Source of the DNA: Nemertoderma westbladi
Lineage: Eukaryota; Animalia; Xenacoelomorpha
DNA length: 46,060 nucleotides
Assembly: GCA_032718475.1 (NCBI GenBank)
Contig: JAUCBJ010009131.1
Coordinates: 1-46,060, forward strand
Direction of reading: 5' to 3'
Below the pieces are notes generated by a model. It was not told where the DNA came from and ran no database searches. It was given only the letters and a program-made list of their open reading frames with translations. The translations under genes were made by a program, and so were the position numbers. Positions 22,490-34,854 of the stretch are shown here, one piece after another; the stretch's first letter is position 1; every line of letters begins with the position of its first letter.

Positions 22490-24811
22490 GTTGGAAGATT
22501 TGGTTGATCAGGGATACGGTTACGATGAAACCGACTCGTTTATCGATAACTCTGAGTTTTACGACGAATACGTTCCCGCTGATATCACCCCGATGTTCGG
22601 CGGTTTCTACATCAACACGGGGAAACTCGAGTTCAAGTCGGTAAACAATTCTATCGTTTCCGATTCTTCTGATGCCGAGATCGTTGCCAAGGAGAAGAAA
22701 GCGAGGCAGTTGGCCTTGAAGAGAAAGTTAAAGGAGGTCGCTAATAAAGCGAAGAGTGCCCCGATAGGTGGCGCTGTTCAGGATAGTTCGGGACCCCCGG
22801 TAGATGGCGCTACGGTCACCCCGCTAGGTGGCACTCCGGAAGGTTACCAGTCGGACGAACCGAACCAGCCGCGCGCCAAACGCGGTCGACCCAGAAAACC
22901 CGCGGCGTTGGTTATTGTCCGGCCGGTTAAACGAGCCGCCAACTCTATCGGTTCCTCCGGGAGGCTTCCCAACGCCTCCCCCAGGGTGCCCAACTCCTCC
23001 GCGGCCTCCAGCCCCACCACTGTCTGGAAGAAGAGCAACTTCGCCAAGAACCGAACTCGAACTAAAGCCTCCACCATACAGGGCCTCGTAAAGGGCAAGC
23101 TTAACTCCTCCCGTCAGCTGACGCCTCCTAGAAACGGCCCCGGATTTCTTAGCAACAGCCCCGGTGTCCATAAGAACGGTCCTGATTCACATAGCAACAA
23201 CACAGTCGCCCAAAGCAGCTGCGTTGTCGGTAGTCATAGCAACGATGTTAGACCCCGAGGTGTTGCTGTCACTCAGGGACAGCCGAACTCCCGAGCTGCC
23301 CCTCTCCCTAGTCCCCCGGCGTCCTCAATGGGGCGACTCGTTACCCAGTCGCCGGGGAGACCAGTCGATCTGTCTGTCCCGTCTCAGGTCTCCGGTAATC
23401 ATGTCAACCCGCGTTCCCATCCCGCATCCCATCCCATTTCGTATCCGTCACATCCTTCATCCCATCCGGTTTACCATCCCTCGTCTTCTGTTTACTCAGA
23501 AACGGTTTCGCGACAACCTTCACGGCCAGTTTCCTACCCAACGACATCCTCACACCCATCCCATTCCCCCTCCCTCCCGCCCGCCCATATCACCTCCAAT
23601 CCCCCATCCCATCCCTCCTCCCATCCCCCCACCCACCCATCCCATACCACCGCCCCTCCCCCCTCCTATCCCGATCCCCCCTCCCAACCCCCCTCCCATC
23701 CCCCCTCCCGTCTCCCCTCCCACCCCCCCCACCCCCCTCCACCCCCCCCCCTCCCCTCCCATCCCCCCTCCCATCCCCCCACCCATCTAGCCCATACCAC
23801 CGCCCCGCCCCCCTCCCAGCCCCCCACTCTCAGCCTATCCCATACCACCGCTCCCAACCCCCCTCCCATCACTCCCTCCCATCACCCAAACTCCCATCCA
23901 CCCCACCCAGCCCCCCGCCCACCCATCCCATACTACCGCCCCTCCCCAACCTCCCAATTCAATCCTCGCCAACCACATCACTCAACCAGTAGCCACCGAC
24001 CACCCCAGCCGACCAATAGCAACCGAACCTTCTAGAAACCGACATCGAAACTCTATCTCCGTGACAACCAAACACCCGTCCAAAGCTATCGTAAAGGTAG
24101 TCGCCAACCAACTCCACGATCGCCTCAACGCCAACAACCCCGCAGTCGTAATCAACAGGATACCCAGCGACTTCCGTCAAGGTCTCTTACGGATACGCCA
24201 CTAACTCAGGTAAACAGAACGTCTCTAAGGGGGCTAGTCGCGGCTATACTGTGGCTGCGCACCAGACTGTGACGGCGAAACAGACAGCCAAACAGTCGCA
24301 CAAACAGACTGAGAAGTTGGGTAGTCATCATACGCAACACACGCAGAAGCAGATGGCTCCGCAACAGTTCCATAACCCTTCGCAAACCGTGACCCCTTCA
24401 TCTACTCGACTCTATGCAATGTACCCCAACCACAACCGTGACGCAACCACCGCTCCCCCCAAACACCGCGCCAACGCAACCAATCAGCTAACCCAGCCGC
24501 ACCCTACGCGCCCCACAGCCCACCCCTCCCACAACCACCCGTATTCGCTCGCAGCCGGCACCACCACCACCGGTGGTGTTGTGTACCCCGGATCGCAGCA
24601 GTCTCCCGGTGCTTCCGGCACCGCTGGTGCGTACACCGGAGCACCTCTGGCGAACAACGCCCTCGGTTACGCGACTTCCTCGGTGCCGTTGGACTTCACC
24701 AATGCCATTGACTATAACGGCTCCCGCGTTCGCGGCACAAAAAGCATCGATAACACCGTTAACAGTTTGCTGCGGATGCAGCAATATCATATGAACAATC
24801 ACATTCCGTGA
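22490..24811 (+). CDS. UBN: Ubinuclein/yemanuclein, coding exon 2: HUN/HRD domain, then a Pro/Ser/His-rich tail; 3' end uncertain (first stop 24035, apparent frameshifts)
   Basis: Acceptor ttgctacag|G restores AGG (Arg); [41 protein letters not shown] is the Hpc2-related domain; AT-hook-like KRGRPRK; GC-rich coding-like composition persists to TGA 24811. Confidence 0.85.
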
Positions 24812-25188
24812 ATTAATTAACACTTTTTTTACTCAGCTCCAGTAGAAATGCCCATTTTCTGACATAACCTCAGGTCAATGAGTCAACGTTTTTATATTAT
24901 TTTAGTTTTTAAGAAATGTTGGAGCCTCTATGGGGGGGGGGGGGGCTGACATTGATACACATTCTAAATATAATAATTATAACTGTATTTTGGAACGAAT
25001 ACGTTATATTATAACAATTCTTCGGTTTGGATTGTATCTATAATGTATAAGTTGAGGTAATAAGTTTATTATCTGCGATAAAACGCTTACTGAAATATAT
25101 TTTGTTGGTTTTCATGGAAGTATTATTATTGTGCTATCTGCATCTGTACTTTACTTGGGTGTTACGTTACTATTCATATGTATATAAG

Positions 25189-26542
25189 TAGGGATGTCCC
25201 GGAATTCCGTTCCTGCCGGAATTCCGGCGGTTTTTGCCCGATTCCGGTTCTGGCCGGAATTGCCGGAATGGGGTCAATTCCGGCCGGAATTTTACCGGAA
25301 TTACCAGTTTACTAACGAGTTCGATAGTTGCAATTATATTAGTTTGTGAAATTATTATCACACATTATGTTAATACAATAACAATATTATAATAGGTATT
25401 GTCCAACATTATCGTATTACCCCTAAAGATGTAGCTTATTTACAAAGGGGTTCTGTTATTTACAAAATTTAATGGGCTATCACAGCGCAAACGCCAAAAA
25501 CATAGCTATGTTAGTTTTCGTGTTGTCCCATTATGGCACTCATCTCCAGTAATTTTCGCGCGAAAATTTCTTCAAAAGTTTTAATAGCTCGATAAAATTA
25601 ATTTATTTGCGGTATATAGCGGTTTTTTTAGATGCTGATCACGATTATAGAACTCAGATATAACATACGAGAAAATTCCTAGTAATTTTGAATGTGCCCC
25701 CTGGGCACGAAAAAAACAAGTAGTGCAAATATGATAATGAAAAATCACCACAAATCAAACTAAATTATGGCACTAGGGGCTTTCCGGGATGATGATCATG
25801 AATATGACACTCATATCATATCGTATCCGATTCATTGTGGAAATTTTGGATATGTGCCAATTTGGCACGAAAAATACAAGTACCGGTAGCACAAATTGAT
25901 AAATATTTAATGTTCACACTTCCATTAAATATTCTTAACAAGTTCTATCGTGATCAGCGACCTCGACACTATAGCTTCAGAATTATTCATCCAAACACAA
26001 CGTTCGTTAGTTTGAAAATTTTTCATTGTACTTTTCGTCCTGGGGCGCTGTGGGAGTAGAATAGTGCAACAAAATGATGGCTGCAATGCCAGAAAATATT
26101 TTTAACAAGTGTTATCGGGATCAGCGACCTCGAAAACCCTTATACCTCCAAATTTTAATTTTTTTAGCCAATATCTAAAAAAATTCCAAAAATGACAACC
26201 CACCCAGGGCCAATTAGTAAAAATAGACCTGGCCAGATAGGGTTTTAAGGCCCAAAAATACCCCCTCCCCCAGCCCCATAATCAATTTCTCCTGCTTCTG
26301 GGCCAGGCCACTCTCACAACAAAACTTCCCCCCAAGGTGGTGATTGATCTCATTAGTAAACTCGGCTTTAGAAATTTAGAAAATACGTATATTTCATAAA
26401 AAATTATAAAGGGTAATTAATGGTAATTTAGTGTATTTCACTAACTACATAAAAATTTCGGTTCCGGCCGGAATATTCCGGCATATTGAATTCCGGTTCC
26501 TGTTCCGGCCGGAATCAAAATATCGATTCCGGGACATCCCTA
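25189..26542. mobile_element. Non-autonomous hAT-type element with CCGG-rich subterminal repeats
   Basis: TIR tagggatgtcccggaat / attccgggacatcccta; many ccggaat motifs at both ends; flanking direct repeat ttcatatgtatataag. Confidence 0.88.
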
Positions 26543-27740
26543 TTCATATGTATATAAGTACACTTTACTGTTAACTGAATAGTGAATATATACTTTTAAA
26601 TACATCGATAATAAAATATATGTATGAATTATTGTTAGTTTATGAAATTAGTTTGTTAGGAATATTGTATTATGTTCTGTATTTATATTAATTAATTGTA
26701 CGATCTATCTATTTGTTAATGTTATTATGTTTTGTATATTAATATCGGTATGTTTCATTTTAATATGTACCGACACCCCAACCATGTCTGTCATCTTTAA
26801 AGTATTTACTCATTTATAATATTAATTGCAGTACTATGGATGGGTTACTTACTTACTACAGCAGTTAGTATCTTATATAAATAATAATGGAGCGACAACT
26901 ACAGACCAAAGAAATGCACATTTATCACTCCATTTATTACAATATAATATATTTTGCTTTATTAGTTATTGATTTTCCTTCTTACAGTATCAACCGCTGT
27001 ATATTTCTTTTACTGCAATGTTTAAAAATTCTACACACAGACTCGTTTATATATTTTCTCTGTCGGCCGCTAGGGGGCGAATTATAAGAAAAGAAACCTT
27101 GAAGTAGCTGTAGAACCACCCATGTGATTCATCTGAAATTTGGACTGGTCCACTAATATTTATACTGCTTCGCAATGGCTCATCTAGAATTCGTGCTGCG
27201 CGAAGGCCCCACGAACGTGTTGTAAATCGTAAAACTATTAAACTTCAGCAATTATTGTTTTTCGTTTAAACTTGGTGAATTTTAAAGCAGAACGCAATCA
27301 GGTATGGTTGAACACCTACCACAACAGATTGCTTCAGTGCATTCTAATATAGTTATTTAATTACCAACAGGTGTTATTATGTTTTCGTTTACGTATTATA
27401 AACCTTATTTTTTATAATTAATAATATTATTGTTATTGTTATTATTATTATTATTATTATTATATAGTGTTAGCGAAGCTGTTGTAACAAGTGCAGTGCA
27501 ACAGGAAAAGTGTCAAAAGAGCTGAAAGGAGCATAGGGGCAGTGTGAAGTAGAAGAGGCAGTGACAAAAGTGCGACTCTTGTGTTCTACGGAGTTGTACT
27601 CCACAACACCCTCCTCAAGAGAGATTCGATTTACTATAGCATTATCTAGAAGTCAAGTGATGTCACCATGTCATACAAGTACAACAGTACCGGTTGTCAT
27701 GTCAACATAATAATCCACATACACTGGAATTAGTTATTTT

Positions 27741-28091
27741 ATGGAACCTTTGATCCTGTGGAACCTTTCACCCTGTGGAGCCTTTGATCCAGTGGAGCCT
27801 TTCACCCTGTGGAGCCTTTGACCCAGTGGAGCCTTTCACCCTGTGGAGCCTTTGACCCAGTGGAGCCTTTCACCCTGTGGAGACTTTGATCCTGTGGAGA
27901 CTTTGATCCTGTGGAACCTTTCACCCTGTGGAGCCTTTGACCCAGTGGAGCCTTTCACCCTGTGGAGCCTTTGACCCAGTGGTGCCTTTCACCCTGTGGA
28001 GACTTTGACCCAGTGGATCCTTTCACCCTGTGGAGCCTTTGACCCAGTGGTGCCTTTCACCCTGTGGAGACTTTGATCCTGTGGATCCTTT
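27741..28091. repeat. 17-bp minisatellite with alternating variants (34-bp dimer), ~20 units
   Basis: gtggagcctttgaccca alternating with gtggagcctttcaccct. Confidence 0.92.
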
Positions 28092-28824
28092 GTTAATTAA
28101 TTAATTAACTTTATTGCGGTAAAAACGGCAATGTCGAACGATCTTATCGTGGAAACTATTTATTTACTATTATATATAAAATTTAATTAATTTTACATAA
28201 AAATAACATAGATAAAATTATTAGGTACAGTACCGTCATTAAATCGCATTTCATCATAGTTTTTAATTAGTTCAAGTAATTTAATCGACCCCTAAATTCA
28301 ATTCTGTAGTGCAGGGAGCTTATCTCCCCCTCCACTTGTTATAATATGTTCCAATGATCTTGTGTGGACACTGGACAGTTATGTCAAACGTACAAAGACA
28401 GCTAGAAACTCATTTCCGGGTTCAATAGGCCGGCCTGGCATAATACCATCAATCATACATCGTAGTACTGATGTAATAATATTATACAGTCGGTCGGTCC
28501 ATTGCTGTAGATGGGGTATTATTTTTATTTTATTCTATTGTTTTTATTATAGCAATAATTGTAATTCATATGACACGTTTGGGGGTTGGGTTGCAGCATT
28601 TTTTTGAGCCCTGAAATTCTTCAGCTATGCTCACTGTTCATAGCAGAATATTGTGGTAGACACATCCCGGGACATTTCTGTATGCCATGCCCACATTCAA
28701 CCAGGCAGGAATGAACATTCGGTCCACAGATGACATAATGGCAGCGGTGGTGGTTGCGCGACAATTACAGTACTTGCCGGTGAAAAACCTTTGAATGCTT
28801 GCTGGTGTAAGATGTAACCCTTGA

Positions 28825-29025
28825 GGTATTCAGGTCACCAGCAATGACTTTCACATTGTGTTTCGGAATGTCCTTTATAAGTCCAGTCAGATCTTCATAA
28901 AACTTGACTGCTTGTTCTGGCTCTGAGGCATTGGTTGGACATATAACTGTTGTCTTGGGATTCCCATCAAATATTGCAATCATGACCCTGGAATTTATAG
29001 ATTCGATGTTGTTTAGGGTCTGAAG
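28825..29025 (-). mobile_element. RTE-like LINE APE endonuclease fragment
   Basis: NNIESINSRVMIAIFDGNPKTTVI.PTN..FYEDLTGLIKDIPKHNVKVIAGDLN. Confidence 0.8.
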
Positions 29026-29339
29026 TTAAAATGTTCTTATCGTAATTCCTACCAATAATTGATAGATTGGCCCACTCGAATCGATATAATACGGATTTTT
29101 TGGTACTGCATTGTTAACTTTGAAAATACCAAAATGTTGAGGTTTAAGTTCGACATAAATCTGTCCAGAAATGGCTGATCGTATGAGCATAACTCCAAGG
29201 ATGGTGTACTTGTTCATGTTGAAAATTAATTTCTTCGGCCTACTGATACGGAAGCTGTGTGCTGCGCCTTGAATATGAATAGTGTGTCCAGGATTTGGTT
29301 GTTCCATGAAATAAGCCGAAAGACAAGGATCGATTATTT

Positions 29340-29730
29340 AGAGCAGCTAGAACCGCAGATTATTCTATATGGGGAATCCATGCTGGGCTCAAACAGCTCA
29401 AGACACCAAGCCATGTTTAATGTGTCAAGTAGGGCTGCAATTAAATACACCTCGAAATTAATACACACTACAACAATGGATGTGTCTCATTTAGTCCCGC
29501 AAACTTTGACACGAGACATTACTTCCGCGGTGAGGACTAGCCAGTGCACGATCTTATTGTGCATTGGTGGCCTCATGGAGATAATTACTGTAGCATGGTG
29601 GACATCCCATGACATTCTTGAAACGCCTCTTAAATGGCACTGTCCTTGAAAATGCTGATGATCTAGCAAATGTCATAGGAGCTGTTGTGACGGCACAATT
29701 ATGTCGACAAGCCGGCACAGCATTCTTATT
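29340..29730 (+). mobile_element. Decayed RTE-like LINE 3' end
   Basis: Broken frame ..HGG.PMTFLET.L..T.LENADDLANV..ELL.RH..DKPAQHS, resembling an RTE ORF C-terminus; homologous to the inverted copy at 30395-30660. Confidence 0.6.
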
Positions 29731-29784
29731 GTATATGTACAGTATTTTTTTACAGTATTACTCTATTGCTATTATTATAATAAT

Positions 29785-30102
29785 ATGGGATATGATAACG
29801 ACCAATTCCAAGGCGAAGTAAACGAAGAACTCCTGTGTCCGATATGTACCCAGGTACTGGAATATCCAGTCTGGTCTCCCAGCTGCGAGCACGCCTTCTG
29901 CAACGTGGCACCATCATGGTTGTTGGAAAATACCATCTGTCCAGTAGACCGGCGCATTTTGACGCGGGAACAACTGAATCCGGCGCCAAGGATTTACCGG
30001 AACCTACTGTCCAATATGTCAATCCATTGCGATTTTCGCGGTCTCGGCTGCACTGAGGTAGTTCCCCTAGACAGATTGCGCGGTCATACAGACAACTGCG
30101 AC
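29785..30102 (+). pseudogene. RNF41-like: NRDP1/RNF41-like RING + TRAF-type zinc finger, intronless and truncated
   Basis: MGYDNDQFQGEVNEELLCPICTQVLEYPV..CEHAFCN..CPVDR..PRIYRNLLS..IHCD..GC..LDRLRGH..C parallels the RNF41 N-terminus; one RING Cys is missing; no USP8-binding domain follows. Confidence 0.82.
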
Positions 30103-30394
30103 ATTGTTGTGAAGATCTTTGACTTCAATTCTTTGTCTCTACAAGGGGAACCATTTTCTCTAGAGTCCAACTGCAACTCCACAAAGAAACAGATTCAATT
30201 CTTAGAAAGTCTTAACAGTACTACCTGGGCTGCGACAACTGAAGAGTGCGTCTTTCTTATAAACACAAACGAAATCAAAGTCAAACATTTATGCCTCAGT
30301 AATGAGAGATACTGTGGTCAAACAGTTGGTTCTATAGTCGGCGTCTATCGATTCTGTTGGCTTTATAATCTTACGAGTAACAACTACATTATTA

Positions 30395-30660
30395 AGACTT
30401 ACTACTACTAGGATCGGCATGCTGCATTGCAGCTGCATTTTTAAGAATGCTGTGCCGGCTTATCGACAAAATTGCACCGCCACAACTCCCTATCACCATT
30501 GACATTTGCTAGATCATCCGCATCTTCAAGGCCAGTGTCCTTTAATGCGTCTCAAGAAAGTCATGGGCAGTCCACCATGCTTATTCACTCCATGAGGCTG
30601 CCAAAGTACAAGATTATGCACTGGCTGGTCCTCACGGCGAAAGCAATCCATCTGTTTCTA
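30395..30660 (-). mobile_element. Decayed RTE-like LINE 3' end with (TAG)n tail
   Basis: 30442-30650 is the diverged reverse complement of ~29518-29728; the tail reads ttactactacta on the + strand. Confidence 0.65.
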
Positions 30661-31511
30661 TAAGGCTGCCGGCGCCGACGCCATAGTTAGTCTCGTCTTG
30701 GATAGAAAACATTCTGTTCTAGATTGCGGTAAATCCGTCCCTTTTGGGGGGATTGAACTGCTGTAACTACTAATAGTTGCTGTAGCTGCTAATAACATAT
30801 TTATTAGTTCCTCAAGAACAAGACGAGAAACACTATCTTGGAATTTATAAAAACATGACGGCTCCTGGAAGCGTAGTATCTCGATTGGGTGCTGTACCTG
30901 TAGACGACGGGTTAGGTGGGGTCGCGGCTATGTATAACAATGATGGATCTAATAAAGGATTATTCCTGTATTGTACTGATAGTAACAGTGTCGTTTATAT
31001 TAAAGTTAATGCCTGTCTCGCTGTCTGATATAATATCTAATGTAAACCTAATAAAAAACCTTCTTTTTATAATGTATAGCGAGCGACATGTTCCTTTCCT
31101 ACCATGGCGAAAAGTGCTTTTAGGAAACTAGGTAAAGGAGGAAGCTATATACATAGCTAGTCTTCTCTGTATTATACAAGTAGAGGGGTTACTTAAGTAA
31201 GTAATCCGGTGACAGTTATTGATAGCACACAAAGGGGGGAATATAAATACTAACAAAAAATTAGAAAATTAACAAATTATAGCAACTGGGGGGAGGAAAT
31301 TCTGGAATTATAATTAAAGTAACGGACAAAAATTACAAATTAAGGGAAATTGACATTTAGGGGGGTATATTTGTACAAATATACCGGAAAAAACATAACA
31401 TAGGACGTAGGCTATCACTGAACAAAACAATCGACACTCTGTTTAATGACCCTCACTTAAACTGAGCCTTTGTAAGGCCCCACCAGTTAGGTGAGAGTGG
31501 GAAAGTTCGTG

Positions 31512-32185
31512 ATGTCGGAGAAGTTAGTAAAGAGGAGAAAGTCGGAGAAGACTGGGAAGGAGTTACTAGTGGACTTCACGCAGAGGCCTCCGGAGAAGAA
31601 GACGAAGGGATACTACAAACTACTGCCGAAGGGTCACAGAGCGCATGCGCTACAGGACCAGTTTAGGGAGATGCACGAGCGATGACTGGTCGGGACTTAC
31701 GGGACGCTGTTGTTGGACAACGCGATCCACGAGCATCTTCGCTACGTAGTGAAGGGAGACGAGGCGAAGTTCAGGATACATAAGTATCCGAGGGAACCAC
31801 CGAGGAAGGAGTGGAGGAGATTTGTAGATTCCGTGGAGAGGGGCGGGTACATGGTCCTAGATGACGAAGGGACTATGGATGATGACGAGGGCTCGAGCAG
31901 GGGGTCGGCGGGATCGGCTAGAACTATATTACTGCATTTGGCAGCATATCTTTCTATTCGACCTGGGGACCTACGGAAAGAAGAGTGGGCCGAAGTTGAA
32001 CCGGTTGCTGAGGGCGGTGCAGGAGCTAGTGAGACAGAAAACTACAGTTAAGACGGGATCGGTGATCCGCGACGACGCGGATAGGATTATTGGACCGGAC
32101 ACCTCCAATCTCCTGGACATGCAAGTAGTCTATATGGCTATGACAAGACCAGAGGGGTTGGGATTGGTGGAGAACACGGGACATT
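31512..32185 (+). pseudogene. Decayed ORF with a probable DnaQ/WRN/RNase D-like 3'-5' exonuclease domain
   Basis: One TGA (31683) and one frameshift (~31950) join three track ORFs: YMVLDDEG (ExoI), ILLHLAA/LFDLG, TVKTGSVIRDDADRI (ExoII), LLDMQ; cut off before ExoIII. Confidence 0.55.
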
Positions 32186-32283
32186 GCGTGACATACTTTA
32201 TGAATGCCCCCATAACACAGCTAAATACTCATAACACTTTTAAATATTACTATTGAATCGATTAATAGGACTGATAATGGATA

Positions 32284-34416
32284 TTAAGGGCGTGTGAACG
32301 ATTGACCGTAACAGAATGACATAAGCATGTTGTGCATAAACTCATTATTTTCGACCATATGGTTCACGGGTATGGTAATTTGTTGGCCACAGGCGCCAAC
32401 TACGGGGTAACAAATACTGGGAGTGGGGTTCCTAGTAAAACAATCATGATCAAATAAGACGGTGATTATAAACCTTTCATTTATTCATTAGTTTGTGCTT
32501 TTGTCCCGTCAACCATTTTAATATTCCAGCGGGACTCATATCTACTTTGGAAACTTCAGAACCTTTATTTTTAGGAAGGTCATCATCGGTATTCTCAGAA
32601 ATCTCATAAGCAATCGCTTCTTCATAATTGCGAATTATCGAACCCACATCTTCTATTTTCATGATAAAATCCTGGAAATTATCAACAACAGTTTCTTCGA
32701 GGTTTCTTCTTGACTACCCTATCCTCTTCAGAGAACATAGGTTTGAGGAGTGACACAATATAATTTGCAGTTATCATATTCTCCAAATTCGAGCTTAAAA
32801 CAAATATAGGTTTACAAATCTCCTGATGAATTTCTATGCCGGCTTTGAAGTCATAGCACTTAAGACCAATTGCGAATTCATCAAGATAGAGCTTTCTCCT
32901 ATTTAATAAATTTATTGCCAATATACGAGTTATATCAGTTATTCGATCATCGTTAATAATACCAGTATATCCCTGTTCTATAATAAGTTCGACATTGGCA
33001 GCAGGATCAGTACCAACACTATGAAGCATCTCGCGATCACTATCTGTGAGGATTGTTGAAAAGTCATATTTATTAAGTCAAGAGAATCTGCATACAACAT
33101 ATTGTACACGTAATTATCTAGATACTGTGGGGGTGGACCACCTTGTGCTAAACTGGTTGCAACAATTTGTCCGCAGGCACGGAAATAACCGTTCTGTAGA
33201 TTTAACATTGAATCCAGAGGGGATCCATTCGGGAACATTGTGTTACCAATTTCTTCAACAGTATTGGTTAGAAATTATCTCGCCATAGCACCTGTATCTA
33301 TTCCATCCTCGTCAATAAATTTCATTACGAGACGATATTGCGGTGAACTTTTCTTGCTCTCACGTGTCCATAATTTAAGAATTCTTCCCAATGGAGCTCC
33401 ACATCGCACAGGTAAAAAGAATTGTGATGATCTATCGACTTTGTCTGACAGGAAGTCTATAAGTTCCGATGTAGTTGAAAAATGAGGCTTACCATGGCTA
33501 CCGGTATGGAATCCTGGAAAATTAATGTGTTCAACGTCTGTGATTGTGCCATTACCTTGATTTGTAATTAATAGAGCATCTGAGCCAGTGTTAAAAAAAT
33601 TGTCAACATTAAATTCATTCAAAACAGAACTAGCACATAAATCTTCTTCAATTTGAGTGTCTGTGAGGTCAATAATATCTTTCAAAACTTCAAATGTAGT
33701 GCCGACTTCTTTGTCAGTTGTAATGACAGGAAGGGTGTCTGCAGTTGACTGTTTAAGGCGTTTTAATGGAATCTCATCTTTACCATATGCTGCTGCATCA
33801 TCCTCATCGCTGCACAAACACAAAAACAACACTATCCTTTTGTAGTCTTTTCCGCAGTCTTTCTTATAGTCTTTAATGTTGAATGGGTTCATAGATCCCA
33901 GGAGAAACTGAGCCTTTAAACCATTGTCATACACTAGACAGTATTCCTCTTCTTCGATAAATATATCAAGATAATACAAATGCCATTTTTCTTTTGCCTT
34001 AATTAATATTTCGTCGTATGAATCTTTTGTGTTGAGTCGAAGTGCAATTCGTTTCCCACGTTTTGGTTTCATCTTTGCCTCTGAAGGCAACCAGTTCATT
34101 AATCCCAAAGTAATAATCACATCTAGATCGTCACTTTCCTTACTCACAGCCAATACCGTCTTCGTCCTCCACTCCTTTGATTTGCTCAGACGATAATAAA
34201 AAAACGAGGGCAATCTTTTGCTGGCGCCGAGTGTGTCTGCGTCAGGCAAACTCATCAAAGTTGACGTCCTTGTTGCAGATACACTAATTATTCCTTTATT
34301 TGGGGAGCTAGGCCTTTCCAATGTTTTATGAACTGCAATTTCTGAATTTCTTTCGAATGAGTGCAAAATTGGCCAGCATATTTGCCTATATCGAATGAAC
34401 AATGGGGACAAAACAT
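32284..34416 (-). pseudogene. G2E3-like HECT E3 ubiquitin ligase, intronless with several frameshifts
   Basis: MFCPHC start; MKFIDEDGIDTGAMAR; YFRACGQIVATSLAQGGPPP; LDEFAIGL; ILKWLTG; CYPVVGACGQQITIP (catalytic Cys); ends GQSFTRP* with the -4 Phe. Confidence 0.85.
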
Positions 34417-34739
34417 ATTGTTTAATAACATATAGTAATAAGCAAAAGTTGAATTAACATCTACCGGTAAATGGATACGTACTAAAAAGCGGAAACACCT
34501 GGACAGCCAAAGCACAAATAATCCTGTGTCAGCTTGGTGCAAAGCCGCACCAGCAATTCAAAAATCGCTGGCTGCCCTGGCGCTGGCACAACACATTCAT
34601 TGACATCTCTGCGCTCAGCCCTTTCAGCACCTTATATACAGTCTTACTTTGCGTAGCACATTTCTGTGCCAGCCAGCCTGCCCCCGATGCAAGCTGAAAT
34701 GCTGCGCTGAATGTGTTCGGCGTACTGGTACATGTAAAA

Positions 34740-34854
34740 AAAGCAAACAGTCGGCCGAAGCCAGAGGCGACCCAAAGGCTCCTCTTTCGATAGCTGCTAC
34801 CCGAGGGTAGGGGTGGGCACTACTCCTATCCCAAGATTTGCTCCCAGTTATTTA
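34740..34854 (-). mobile_element. Short truncated SINE/retroposon fragment with 16-bp TSD
   Basis: actggtacatgtaaaa at 34724-34739 and 34855-34870; body gaggcgacccaaaggctcctctttcgatagctgctac resembles a widespread invertebrate SINE end (recalled, unverified). Confidence 0.6.

Noticed and set aside
22824-24823. Antisense and alternate-frame Gly/Pro-rich ORFs
   Set aside because: Shadows of the GC-rich UBN exon
30660-31130. Possible minus-strand coding remnant
   Set aside because: Several stops and a frame break; no recognisable motif
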